In this document: positions 21,477 to 31,045 of the stretch, in pieces
Numbering within the stretch: the first letter of the stretch is position 1
Layout of the letters: every line of letters begins with the position of its first letter
Origin: an uncultured delta proteobacterium
GTDB lineage: Bacteria > Myxococcota_A > UBA9160 > UBA4427
NCBI GenBank assembly: GCA_963822965.1
Contig: CAWGJT010000005.1
Location: forward strand, 768,001 to 832,000
Reading direction: 5' to 3'
DNA length: 64,000 nt
Position numbers and translations under genes: made by a program
The notes under the pieces: generated by a model
Told to the model about the DNA's origin: nothing
Seen by the model: the letters and a program-made list of their open reading frames with translations, nothing else
The model's database searches: none

Positions 21477-22877
21477 ATGCTGAAGGAGCATTCGGAACGG
21501 CTGCGCGTGATGATGCAGCTCGCGGACGTGACCCTGGCGGGTCTCGCCTTCGCGCTGGCCCTGCTGCTGCCGGACGTGCGCGCCCCCGAGGCGGCCGGAG
21601 CGGACGGCCGGCTGTGGGCGCTCGGGATCGTCTCCGCCGCGGCGTGGCCGGTCGCCCTGCAGCGCCTCGGCGTCTACCGGTCACAGCGGCTGATGCGCCT
21701 GCGCGAGGTGGGCGAGCACGTCGCGCTCGCCGGGGCGCTCGCCACCGGCGTTCACTTCATGGCCGCGTTCCTGGTCTCGGCGCCCGTCGCCCCGTACTTC
21801 CCCCTGGCCTGCGGCGTCCTGCAGCTCGTGGCGCTCTGTGCCCTGCGCCTCGGGGTGTACGCCGGGCTCCGCTGGCTGCGACGGGAGGGTCGCAACCAGC
21901 GCAACGTGCTGATCGTGGGATCCGGACCGCGCGCCGCCTACGTCCAGAAGGTGATCGGCTGGAACCCCAGCTGGGGCCTCCACGTCATGGGATTCATCGA
22001 CAGCGGCGTGCCGCCGTCCGGGCCGAAGGTCGTCGCCAACCAGATCTTCAAGCTCGAGGACATGGTCGAGATCCTGCACGCCGAGGTGATCGACGAGGTG
22101 ATCGTCGCCTGCCCGCGCTCGATGCTGGCGGACATCGTGGGCGTGGTGGACGCCTGTGCGCTCGCGGGCGTGCCCATCACCCTGCTCTCGGACCTCTTCG
22201 GCGACTTCCTGCCGGCCCCTCGCTCGAGCCGCTTCGGCTCGCTGCCCGCGCTCTCCTTCGCACCGGTGCACCACAGCCTCGGCAAGCTCTTCGTGAAGCG
22301 CGCGATCGATCTGGCGGGCGCCGCGGTCGGCCTGCTGGCCGCCGCCCCGGTCCTGGCGGCGGCGGCGATGGCCGTGCGGCTCGACTCGCCGGGCCCGATC
22401 CTCTTCCGCCAGGTGCGCTGCGGCAAGAACGGCCGTCGCTTCGTGATGCACAAGCTGCGCACCATGTACGTCGACGCCGAAGAGCGGAAGCAGGAGCTGC
22501 TGGCGCAGAACGAGATGGACGGGCCCGTCTTCAAGATGAAGCGCGATCCGCGCATCACGCGAGTGGGCCACTGGCTGCGGCGCTTCAGCATCGACGAGCT
22601 GCCCCAGATCTGGGACGTCCTTCGCGGAGACATGAGCCTGGTGGGACCGCGCCCCTCCCTGCCGAGCGAGGTCCTCGAGTACCGGACCTTCGAGCGCCGC
22701 CGGCTCTCCATGCGGCCGGGGCTCACGTGCCTGTGGCAGGTGAGCGGCCGCAACGAGATCGGCTTCGACGACTGGGTGCGACTCGACCTCGAGTACATCG
22801 ACACCTGGTCGCTGCGCAACGATCTCAAGATCCTGCTGCGGACCGTGCCCGCGGTGCTCGGCGGCTCCGGCTCCTGA
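21477..22877 (+). CDS. Polyprenyl glycosylphosphotransferase / sugar transferase (WcaJ/WbaP-like)
   Basis: N-terminal TMs, Rossmann-like NVLIVGSG, KRAIDL, KLRTM, DPRITRVG, SIDELPQ, GDMSLVGPRP, RPGLTCLWQVSGR. Confidence 0.92.
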   Translation: MLKEHSERLRVMMQLADVTLAGLAFALALLLPDVRAPEAAGADGRLWALGIVSAAAWPVALQRLGVYRSQRLMRLREVGEHVALAGALATGVHFMAAFLVSAPVAPYFPLACGVLQLVALCALRLGVYAGLRWLRREGRNQRNVLIVGSGPRAAYVQKVIGWNPSWGLHVMGFIDSGVPPSGPKVVANQIFKLEDMVEILHAEVIDEVIVACPRSMLADIVGVVDACALAGVPITLLSDLFGDFLPAPRSSRFGSLPALSFAPVHHSLGKLFVKRAIDLAGAAVGLLAAAPVLAAAAMAVRLDSPGPILFRQVRCGKNGRRFVMHKLRTMYVDAEERKQELLAQNEMDGPVFKMKRDPRITRVGHWLRRFSIDELPQIWDVLRGDMSLVGPRPSLPSEVLEYRTFERRRLSMRPGLTCLWQVSGRNEIGFDDWVRLDLEYIDTWSLRNDLKILLRTVPAVLGGSGS

Positions 22878-22970
22878 GCCGGCGATCGGCGAACGAGCGA
22901 GCTCGCCGGACCGACCCCTTGCCTCCAGGACCTGCGCCGAGGCTACACTGCCGGGGAGGCGGGAACTCTC

Positions 22971-24995
22971 ATCGAATCGCTCCTCTTCGAGATCCTTCTG
23001 CTCCTCGTGCTCAGCGCAGCGGGACTCGCGCTCTTCGAGCGGTTGAAGCTCCCGGCGATCGCGGGCTGTCTGGCCGCGGGGGCCGTCGCCGGACCCGGCA
23101 TGCTCGGACTGCTCTCCGATTCGGAGCGCGTCCGCGCCCTGGCGGAAGTGGGCGTCGTCTTCCTGCTCTTCGAGATCGGGCTCGAGCTCCCCTTCGACCG
23201 GCTGCGACGTCTGTGGCGGCGCGCGATCCTGGCGGGCACCACACAGGTCGTCGTCACCATGGCCGTCGTGGCGGCGGGCGCCGTCGCCCTCGGCCTGCCC
23301 ACACCCGCCGCGATCATCCTGGGCGGGCTCGTGGCGATGTCGAGCACCGCCCTGGTGATGCGCCAGCTCTCCGAGCAGGGGCAGATGGACAGCCCCTCCG
23401 GACAGCTCGCCATCTCCATCCTCATCCTGCAGGACCTGAGCATCGTCCCGCTGCTGCTCGCGATCCCCCTGCTCGCCGCCGGCTCCTCCTCCTCGCCGCT
23501 CTCCCTCGCGCTGGCCGTCGTGCGACTCGTGGTGGCCCTGGCGATCGTCCTGGCCGTCGTGCGGCTGGTCGTTCCGCGGGTGCTGGCTCGCGCCGCCCTC
23601 GCGGGCTCGCCCGACCTCTTCAGTCTGCTGGCCCTGCTCGTCGTGCTGGGCTCGGCCGTGTTCGCGGGCGAGCTGGGGCTCACCTTCGCCGTGGGTGCGT
23701 TCCTGGCGGGGGTCGCCGCCAGCACGTCCCCCTACGCCCACCAGCTCTTCTCCGAGGTGGTCCCGCTCCGCGGCGTGCTGCTGGGGATCTTCTTCACGGC
23801 GGTCGGCATGCTCTTCGACCCCCGGGTGCTCGTGGCGCATCCGGGCTTCGTGGCCACCTACCTGGCGCTGGCGCTGCTCCTGAAGGGGGGCGTCATCGTG
23901 CTCGCCAACGGGCTGTTGCTGCGACAGAACGCGCGCATCGGCGTCATGGCGGGGCTCGCTCTCGCCCAGACGGGAGAGTTCTCCTTCGTGCTCGCCGGCG
24001 CCGCGCGCCAGGCCGGGCTGATCGAGGAGTGGCTCCACCAGGGCGTGATCGCCGGCTCGATCATGAGCCTGATGGCCACGCCGTTCCTGATCCGCTTCGC
24101 GCCGATCGCCGGCGACTGGGTCTCGGGTGGGCGCGCCTTCGACGACCGCCACGAGAGCGAGCTGGCCGTGGCGGGGGTCGTCCCGCCCGGGCAGGGTGCG
24201 GCCGGCCCCTGGCCCGACGAGCGGCCGTCGAACGGGCAGGTGGTGATCATCGGCTTCGGCCCGGGCGGGCAGACCCTCGCCCGACTCCTGAGGTCGCTCG
24301 AAGTGCCCTACGTGGTCATCGAGGCGAACGCGCTCGGCGCCGAGCAGGCGCGCGAGCGCGGCGAGCCCGTCGTCTTCGGCGACGCGACCCGCCCCGCCCT
24401 GCTGAAGCGCCTCGACGTCGCCAACGCCCGGCTCGCGGTGATCGTCGTCTCGGATCCCCTGACCACCCGCCGCATCGTCTCCCGCATCCGCTCGATCTCA
24501 CGCGACGTGCCGCTGCTCGCCCGCACCCGCTACATGCGCGAGGTCGATCCCCTGGAGGCCCTGGGCGCCTCCAACGTCGTCGCCGAAGAGTTCGAGGGCA
24601 GCATCGAGCTGGTGGCCCGGGCGCTCCGCCTGTTCCGCATCCCGGACTCCAGCATCCTGAAGTTCACCGACGCGCTGCGGGAAGGCGGCTACGGCGCGAT
24701 CCGCGGCGACATCGGGCTCGGCATCGATCCCTGGCTGGTCGAGCTCCTGCAGGCCGTGGAGGCCCAGTGGATCGAGGTCCCGGCGAGCCTCGCGGGCGCC
24801 ACCAGCCTGGCGCAGCTCGGGATTCGTGCCGCCACCGGAGCGAACATCCTGGCCGTGGCCCGGGGCGACGCCACCACCGCGAATCCGCCGCCTTCGTTCG
24901 CGCTCCAGCGCGGCGACCGACTGCTGGTGCTCGGCGACCCCGAGAACCTCGAACGCCTCGAACGCCTCCTCGCCCAGCCCCCCACCGACGCGTAG
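22971..24995 (+). CDS. CPA2 cation:proton antiporter (Kef-type) with TrkA-N and TrkA-C domains
   Basis: AEVGVVFLLFEIGLEL, MSSTA, ILQD, GAFLAG, LAQTGEFSFV, VVIIGFGPGG, FGDATR, C-terminal RCK-C. TM1 extends upstream of GTG 23007 to an ATC at 22971, so the start is uncertain. Confidence 0.88.
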   Translation: MESLLFEILLLLVLSAAGLALFERLKLPAIAGCLAAGAVAGPGMLGLLSDSERVRALAEVGVVFLLFEIGLELPFDRLRRLWRRAILAGTTQVVVTMAVVAAGAVALGLPTPAAIILGGLVAMSSTALVMRQLSEQGQMDSPSGQLAISILILQDLSIVPLLLAIPLLAAGSSSSPLSLALAVVRLVVALAIVLAVVRLVVPRVLARAALAGSPDLFSLLALLVVLGSAVFAGELGLTFAVGAFLAGVAASTSPYAHQLFSEVVPLRGVLLGIFFTAVGMLFDPRVLVAHPGFVATYLALALLLKGGVIVLANGLLLRQNARIGVMAGLALAQTGEFSFVLAGAARQAGLIEEWLHQGVIAGSIMSLMATPFLIRFAPIAGDWVSGGRAFDDRHESELAVAGVVPPGQGAAGPWPDERPSNGQVVIIGFGPGGQTLARLLRSLEVPYVVIEANALGAEQARERGEPVVFGDATRPALLKRLDVANARLAVIVVSDPLTTRRIVSRIRSISRDVPLLARTRYMREVDPLEALGASNVVAEEFEGSIELVARALRLFRIPDSSILKFTDALREGGYGAIRGDIGLGIDPWLVELLQAVEAQWIEVPASLAGATSLAQLGIRAATGANILAVARGDATTANPPPSFALQRGDRLLVLGDPENLERLERLLAQPPTDA

Positions 24996-25020
24996 GACGA
25001 GCGGCTCCAGCGGGGCGCAA

Positions 25021-25059
25021 CGTCCACTCCGGTGGACGTGCCGTCCACGGAAGTGGACG
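25021..25059. promoter_or_regulatory. Two tandem palindromes CGTCCAC-N4-GTGGACG, putative enhancer-binding protein sites
   Basis: Copies at 25021-25038 and 25042-25059, 21-bp period, about 70-110 bp upstream of a sigma-54 motif. Confidence 0.65.
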
Positions 25060-25127
25060 CGCACCGGCGCTGCGCGCCCCGGGAGCGCACCGGCTCCCTC
25101 GCACGCACGGATTCCGCCGCGAGGCCC

Positions 25128-25143
25128 TGGCACATGCGTTGCA
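25128..25143 (+). promoter_or_regulatory. Sigma-54 (-24/-12) promoter
   Basis: TGGCACA-TGCG-TTGCA against consensus TGGCACG-N4-TTGCW, 75 bp upstream of ATG 25219. Confidence 0.7.
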
Positions 25144-25218
25144 GCCGTGGGCGGCGGGGGCTGCAGTGCGGCGCCGAGCCGGAGCAGGTGGCACCGGTCG
25201 AGCCCGCGAGGAGTGACC

Positions 25219-27369
25219 ATGGACCCGAACGAGAAGCTTGGACGACTGCGAAGCTATCTGAACCAGATCGCGCCCGGGGGCGGCACGGAGCGGCTCGTCG
25301 TCGAGGAGACGGCCCTCGAATCGACGGCGCCCGGCGCTCGGGACGAGGAGCGCGAGCAGGCCCACGAGGGCATCCGCAAGCTCCAGGCCGGACACGAGCC
25401 GACGGTGCCCGAGATGAGGGCGATCGAGGCCATCGTGCTCCCGCGCGAGCGACCGGTCGTGAACATCGTCGGCAACTCGTTCGACGAGCTCCCGGCCCCC
25501 TGGACCCACTTCGCCGCGGGGGAGACCAAGGCCCACCTGGAGGCCGCGATCCCGTCGATCGGACGCGTCGAGGTCCCCAATCATCCGAGCATCCCCTACG
25601 GCGGCACGGGCTTCGTGGTGGCGCCGGATCTCATCATGACCAATCGCCACGTGTCCGAGCTCTTCGCGTCGGGCGTGGGCATCCGGCGGCTCGCCTTCCT
25701 TCCCGGGCAGGCGGCCGGGATCGACTTCCGGCGCGAGGTCGTGCCCGGCGCTCCGATCTACGTCGACGTGCGCCAGGTGGTCATGATCCACCCTTACTGG
25801 GACATGGCGCTGCTGCGCGTGGAGGGGCTTCCGTCCGAGCAGCGTCCGCTCGTGCTCGCGGTCGACGCGCCAGAGGACCTCGCCGGGCGCGAGGTCGGGA
25901 TCGTCGGCTATCCGGCCCAGGACTGGCGCAACGACCTCGACCTGCAGAACCGGATCTTCCAGGGGGTCTACAACGTGAAGCGGCTCCAGCCGGGAAAGAT
26001 CACCGGCCGCGAGGCGATCGACAGCTACGGCAACCACGTGCGCGCCCTCACGCACGACGCCTCGACCCTGGGCGGGAACTCGGGCTCCGCGGTGGTCGAC
26101 GCCGCCACCGGCCGCGTCGCCGGACTGCACTTCGCCGGGCTCTACCTCAAGGCCAACTACGCCGTTCCCACCCACGAGCTCGCACGGGACTCGCGCGTGG
26201 TGGACGCCGGCGTCCGCTTCGCGGACTCCGTCGCGCGGGACGCGGACTGGCTGCCCCAGTGGCGCGCGGCCGATCCCGGGTCCGAGGCTGCGAGTCGAAC
26301 CGAGCCGGACACGCGTGCCGCGTCGGCGGCGTCCCCGGGTCTCACGGTCGCGGGGGACGGCGAGGCGGCCGCCGTGTGGAACGTCCCGCTCCAGATCCGT
26401 GTCTCGCTCGGCCGGAGCTCACCGGAGCCCGGCGGTCGGGACGCGGCGCCTTCCTCGGCGACGAGCCTCGAAGCCATCACCTACCACATCGATCCCGATC
26501 CGGAGTACGACCGCCGCGAGGGCTACGACCCGGACTTCCTCGGCGAGGGTCGGCGGATCCCGCTCCCCTGGCTCACCGACGCGCAGTACGCCAACACGGC
26601 GCGCAACAAGCTCGCGCGTCACGACCGACACGTACTCCCCTACCACCACTTCAGCGTGGTGATGAACCGGCAGCGGAAGCTCGCGTACTTCACCGCGGTG
26701 AACATCGACGGACGCCGGGAGGCCGACGTCAACCGCAAGACGTTCAACGACAAGTGGTTCCTCGACCCCCGGATCGGAGAGGACGAGCAGCTCGACAACG
26801 ACCTCTACGTCGCCAACCCCCTCGACCGCGGCCACCTGGTGCGCCGGCTGGACCCCACCTGGGGGCGGACCCGGGCCGAGGTCCTCGGCGCGCACGACGA
26901 CACGTTCCACTGGACGAACTGCAGCCCGCAGCACGAGCGCTTCAACCGGAACCAGACCACCTGGGGAGGCGTCGAGAACTACATCCTCGACAACGCCAAC
27001 TCGCGCGACCTGCGCGTCACGGTCTTCACGGGTCCGATCTTCCGGGACGACGATCCGGTCTATCGGACGCCCCGGGGCGAAGACGTCCGACTCCCGCTCC
27101 GCTATTGGAAGGTGGTGGCCGTCGTGAAGCCCGACGGAGCGCTCTCGGCGACCGCGTACCTGATCTCCCAGACGACCCTCGTGAACCGCATGCTCGAGTT
27201 CGCGTACGGCGCTCACGGAAGCCATCAGCGCACGATCCGCGAGATCGAGCGGCTGACCGGCCTCTCCTTCCACCACCTCGCCCAGCACGACCCGCTGGCC
27301 GCGTCGGCCCACGAGGGCGCGGCGCCGCCCGCGATCGAGCTCGACTCGCTGGAGCGAATCGTGCTGTAG
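25219..27369 (+). CDS. Trypsin-like serine protease fused to a DNA/RNA non-specific (His-Me, EndoG/NucA-type) endonuclease
   Basis: Protease triad TNRH / DMALL / GGNSGS. Nuclease motifs GYDPDFLG, YHHFSVVMN, AVNIDG, DRGHLVRR, NCSPQH, WGGVEN, TGPIF. GAGGAG RBS. Confidence 0.9.
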   Translation: MDPNEKLGRLRSYLNQIAPGGGTERLVVEETALESTAPGARDEEREQAHEGIRKLQAGHEPTVPEMRAIEAIVLPRERPVVNIVGNSFDELPAPWTHFAAGETKAHLEAAIPSIGRVEVPNHPSIPYGGTGFVVAPDLIMTNRHVSELFASGVGIRRLAFLPGQAAGIDFRREVVPGAPIYVDVRQVVMIHPYWDMALLRVEGLPSEQRPLVLAVDAPEDLAGREVGIVGYPAQDWRNDLDLQNRIFQGVYNVKRLQPGKITGREAIDSYGNHVRALTHDASTLGGNSGSAVVDAATGRVAGLHFAGLYLKANYAVPTHELARDSRVVDAGVRFADSVARDADWLPQWRAADPGSEAASRTEPDTRAASAASPGLTVAGDGEAAAVWNVPLQIRVSLGRSSPEPGGRDAAPSSATSLEAITYHIDPDPEYDRREGYDPDFLGEGRRIPLPWLTDAQYANTARNKLARHDRHVLPYHHFSVVMNRQRKLAYFTAVNIDGRREADVNRKTFNDKWFLDPRIGEDEQLDNDLYVANPLDRGHLVRRLDPTWGRTRAEVLGAHDDTFHWTNCSPQHERFNRNQTTWGGVENYILDNANSRDLRVTVFTGPIFRDDDPVYRTPRGEDVRLPLRYWKVVAVVKPDGALSATAYLISQTTLVNRMLEFAYGAHGSHQRTIREIERLTGLSFHHLAQHDPLAASAHEGAAPPAIELDSLERIVL

Positions 27370-27392
27370 GAGCGCGGCTCGCGCCGACCGGG

Positions 27393-27450
27393 ACCCGAGA
27401 CGGAGCCTCGGGTGGCGGGTCCGCCGCAAGGCGAGCCCAACGGGCTCCCT
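27393..27450. repeat. Double-hairpin intergenic element related to 44458-44521
   Basis: ACCCGAG-N7-CTCGGGT followed by GAGCCC-AAC-GGGCTC, between convergent genes. Confidence 0.6.
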
Positions 27451-27453
27451 CCG

Positions 27454-29121
27454 CTAGCGACTCGCCGGAGGACTGTCGCCCAGCTGCTCGGCGACGTTCT
27501 GCAACGCCGACGCCACCAGGACGTGGGCCGGCATGCGGGCAGCCGTGTGGGCGAGGCGCGCCGCCGCCGACGAAGGCTGGAACGGACCCTGCTCGCCGTA
27601 GGCCTCGCCCAGCAGCTCGGACAGACGGTCGTAGATGCCGGGCACGACGAAGACCAGCGCCCGCTCGAAGAGCTTCTGCTCCTCGGCGTCCCGACCCTCC
27701 CGATGCGCGAGGCCCGCGAGCCGCAGCAGCAGCTCCAGGCGTACGACGGGGGGCAGCCCGCTCTCCTCTGCCAGCATGACCGCGCGCCCGTAGATCTCGC
27801 GGGCCCGAGCCGGGTCGTCGTGGCGGGCCTCGATCTGGCCGCAGAGCATGAGACGCCGGGTGTGGGTGGCGCGCATCTCTTCAGCGAGCGCCGGCGTCGC
27901 GGCCAGCAGATCGTCGCAGCGGGCGGAGGCTTTCGCGAGGTGGTCGACCCGGGCCAGCGCCTGGGCCAGGCGGAAGTCGACCTCCGTACGCAGGTCGTGG
28001 GGCCGGTCTTCCAGGGCGACCGCGATCGCCTGGCGCGCCTGCTCCATGACGCCAAGGCCCGCCGCGCGTGCCCCGGCGTCGAAGAGGTCGCTGCCCACCT
28101 GGAAGGCCTCGCGGCCCGCCTCGATCGCCCGCAGCGGGGGACCCGAACGCGAAGCCGCGAGGGCGCGTGCGACCACCCGCTGGAGCTTCGACCCGGACGA
28201 GCCGTAGACCAGGGAGGCGAGGTGGATCGCGCGCGCCGGCACGGCCACGTCGGTCGCGCCGGGATCTTCTCCGGACATCCGCTCGAGGGAATCGTCTAGG
28301 CGCAGGAGCGCGCGATCGATGTTGCGTTCGGCCCCGTCGACGAGGCCGAGGGTGAGCAGCAGGCCGGTGCGCGACGCCGGGGTGGCGATGCCTCCCGGGC
28401 GAGAGCGATCGATCCAGGCTCGCGCCTTCGCGATCCGTCCGACGGCGAGCTCGGTCTCGGCGGCGCGGAAGAGAATGGAGCTCGCGAGCATCGCGTCCTG
28501 CGCATCGATCACCGCGTCCACGGATTCGGCGGCCCGCCGGAAGTCGTTGCGGGCCTCGTCCGTGCGGCCGCGCGCCAGGCACAGCTCGCCCAGGAGCCAG
28601 TAGGCTTCGGCTGCTTCACGCGGTTCGCCGCCGCTGTCGCCGCGGAGCACGAAGAATTCCCGGAGCGTCGCCTCCGCGCTCAACAGGTCGGCCGTGGCCG
28701 CTTCGAGGCGCGCGCGCTCGAGCATCCAGGCACCACCCACCCCGGCCAGCGGAGAGAGGAGCCCGCCGCCCGTGAGCCGCTGCCGGCCCAGCAGCTGGTT
28801 GGCGGTCTCGGCGTAGCCCGACGCACCGTCGAATTCCCCCAACTCGCGCAGCGCCGCGACCAGGTGGGTCAGGGCGTCGAGCTGCTCGAAGTCCGTCGCC
28901 GCCGCGAAGCTCGCCAGGGACGTGGCTTCGACGTAGTGGTCGCGCGCGTCCTCGAGCTGTCCGTCTTCGAGGGCCTCACCGCCCACGCGACGAAGGTACT
29001 CGAACTGGCGGTGGTAGGCGGTGGTGGGGTCGGCGCAGGCGCCCGAGAGCGCCGCCGCGAACGCGCACACGAGCGCGAGGGTCGCCGCGGGAACTCCTCC
29101 CGCACCGGCGCGCCGCTCCAT
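27454..29121 (-). CDS. TPR-repeat putative lipoprotein
   Basis: Hydrophobic leader ending LSGA-C (lipobox-like). Repeated TPR-like helices (AEAYWLLGELCLARGRTDEARNDFRRA, etc.). Confidence 0.65.
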   Translation of the reverse strand: MERRAGAGGVPAATLALVCAFAAALSGACADPTTAYHRQFEYLRRVGGEALEDGQLEDARDHYVEATSLASFAAATDFEQLDALTHLVAALRELGEFDGASGYAETANQLLGRQRLTGGGLLSPLAGVGGAWMLERARLEAATADLLSAEATLREFFVLRGDSGGEPREAAEAYWLLGELCLARGRTDEARNDFRRAAESVDAVIDAQDAMLASSILFRAAETELAVGRIAKARAWIDRSRPGGIATPASRTGLLLTLGLVDGAERNIDRALLRLDDSLERMSGEDPGATDVAVPARAIHLASLVYGSSGSKLQRVVARALAASRSGPPLRAIEAGREAFQVGSDLFDAGARAAGLGVMEQARQAIAVALEDRPHDLRTEVDFRLAQALARVDHLAKASARCDDLLAATPALAEEMRATHTRRLMLCGQIEARHDDPARAREIYGRAVMLAEESGLPPVVRLELLLRLAGLAHREGRDAEEQKLFERALVFVVPGIYDRLSELLGEAYGEQGPFQPSSAAARLAHTAARMPAHVLVASALQNVAEQLGDSPPASR

Positions 29122-29134
29122 CGCATCACCCCGT

Positions 29135-29878
29135 TCATTCCGCGGCCACCGTCTCGGTCCCGGTGAAGGCCATCTCCCCGGGCCGACACACGAAGCGCAG
29201 TCGCGGTAGGGTCACGTCGGCGATGCAGATCGATGCGGAGATCGGATGGGTCGGAACGATCCGATCCTCTCCCCAGGCGCCCGCATCGAAGCACTCGATC
29301 ACGGGCTCCCCGCGTTCCGCCCGGAGGACGTCGTAGCGGGGGTCCACCTGCACCAGACGGTACCCGGAAGGGGTATCGGCAGGATGGACGCCCGACACGA
29401 ATTGAACCACGTCGGGAGGGAGCAGGACCGGGTCCCGCAGCCCGAGCTGCAGCACCACCGATCCTTGTACAGTGTGGACGGAAGCGTCCACCCCGTCGTA
29501 GCCCCGCCGGAAGGCGATCTCTCCGGGCGCGAGCCGGTAGCCCCAACGCTCGGCGAGCGCGCGGCGGGCCTCCGGGACGTCGACCACCCCCGAAACGAGG
29601 AATCCGCGGGGACGCGTGCCGCTGCGGCACTCGATGCGCGTCTGGGCCAGGCGGAAGGCGCCCCAGGGCGACTCGGGAAAGTCGTACACCTGCCAGGCGA
29701 CGACCCCGGGCAGGGTGGGATGGAGCGCGGGCGGCAAGAGCTGCGCGTTGTCGTTGCCCACCTCGCACAGCACCTGCAACACGCTCGCGCCGGCGAGACG
29801 CACCGCCTCGGTCGCGAAGCTCTGCATCACGGGAGCGCCCGCCTGGCGCGCCTCGGGATCCGCCCGGCCGACGAGCAT
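29135..29878 (-). CDS. Acetoacetate decarboxylase-like family protein
   Basis: LLPPALHPT, ESPWGAFRLAQTRIECRSG, LAERWGY. Coupled to the LLM gene by a TGATG overlap. Confidence 0.7.
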   Translation of the reverse strand: MLVGRADPEARQAGAPVMQSFATEAVRLAGASVLQVLCEVGNDNAQLLPPALHPTLPGVVAWQVYDFPESPWGAFRLAQTRIECRSGTRPRGFLVSGVVDVPEARRALAERWGYRLAPGEIAFRRGYDGVDASVHTVQGSVVLQLGLRDPVLLPPDVVQFVSGVHPADTPSGYRLVQVDPRYDVLRAERGEPVIECFDAGAWGEDRIVPTHPISASICIADVTLPRLRFVCRPGEMAFTGTETVAAE

Positions 29879-30978
29879 CAGGCGCTCGCGCCGGCGCGCT
29901 TGCGGAAGGCCGGCATCACTTCACAGGCGAAGAGTCGCAGGCTCTCCAGCACCTGCTCCTGCGGGAGGATCTCCGCGGCGTTGAGCATGAAGTTCACCTG
30001 GTCGACCCCGATCGATTCCCACTCCCTGACCGCGGCGATGATGTGCCGGGGATCGCCGATGCACATGCCGTCGGGAATCCCGAGCGCGTCTCCCGGGCTG
30101 CCCGCTTCGCTCTTGCGGCCCTGGCCGGGGGCGAGGTTGCCGAGCGTCGCATAGGCCCGCGTGGGATAGGCCTCGCGGGTGAAGAGCAGGTGCGAGTTGA
30201 GCAGCCCGAAGTTCCCGAGCAGCTGCATGCCGCGGGAGGCGCCGGTCGCCAGGTCCTCGTGGCAGTAGAGGAAGTTCAGGGTGGAGACGCGATCGTTCAC
30301 GGCGCCCACCGGATCGCAGAGCTGGATGCGCCGGTGATACTCCTTCGTGCGGCGCTCCTGCTCCGCGAAGCCCGCCGCGGCGACGCCGAGACAGCCGAGC
30401 CCGCGATCCGCAGCGTCGAGCTCGGTTCCCGGGCTGGTGACCGTCACCCACATCGGAGGGTGCGGCTTCTGCAGCGGCTTCGGCAGGATCGCGCGTTCGG
30501 GCATCGAGAAGCAGGAGCCCTCCCAGGAGAAGCGCTCCTCGGTCCACATGCGCGGCAACGCCCTGACGTACTCGTCCCAGTCCTTCTTGGTGGCGTCGGG
30601 ATCCGCCATGAAGCCGCCGAGCTCGGTCCAGGTGGACGAGCGCGCCGTGCCGAACTCGAGGCGGCCGCCCGAGAGGATGTCGAGGAAGGCCGCCCGCTCC
30701 GCCACCCGGATCGGATGGTTCATCTCGGGAACGCACACGACCGCCGAGTGGCCGACACGGATGCGTCGGGTCTGCATGGCGGCGGCGGTGAGAAAGAGCT
30801 CCGGCGCCGAGCTGTGGGAGTACTCCTCGAGGAAGTGGTGCTCCACCGCCCACGCCGTTTCGAAACCGAGCTCGTCCGCGAGCCGGATCTGCTCGAGGGC
30901 GTTCTCGATGACGGTCCGCTCGATGCCGTCCTCGAACGGGCGGGGGACCGAGAGCTCGTACATGACCCCGAATTCCAT
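29878..30978 (-). CDS. LLM class flavin-dependent oxidoreductase
   Basis: ADELGFETAWAVEHHF, HPIRVAERAAFLDILSGGRLEFG, LPKPLQKPHPPMW. Confidence 0.9.
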   Translation of the reverse strand: MEFGVMYELSVPRPFEDGIERTVIENALEQIRLADELGFETAWAVEHHFLEEYSHSSAPELFLTAAAMQTRRIRVGHSAVVCVPEMNHPIRVAERAAFLDILSGGRLEFGTARSSTWTELGGFMADPDATKKDWDEYVRALPRMWTEERFSWEGSCFSMPERAILPKPLQKPHPPMWVTVTSPGTELDAADRGLGCLGVAAAGFAEQERRTKEYHRRIQLCDPVGAVNDRVSTLNFLYCHEDLATGASRGMQLLGNFGLLNSHLLFTREAYPTRAYATLGNLAPGQGRKSEAGSPGDALGIPDGMCIGDPRHIIAAVREWESIGVDQVNFMLNAAEILPQEQVLESLRLFACEVMPAFRKRAGASA

Positions 30979-31045
30979 GTCCGTACTGTAAGTGCAACCG
31001 GGCCGGGACGCAGTGGGTGCGGCGGGACGGCGCGGCCCACCGGCG

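Noticed and set aside
22875..22970. TGA readthrough fusing the sugar transferase to the antiporter (same frame)
   Set aside because: Both proteins are complete on their own, the TGA is not at a Cys-like position, and the antiporter has its own -10 and RBS-like signals.
27454..29121. TPR protein as the sensor for the protease-nuclease
   Set aside because: It is convergent, lies at the end of a different gene run, and has a lipoprotein-like leader, so it is probably in another compartment.
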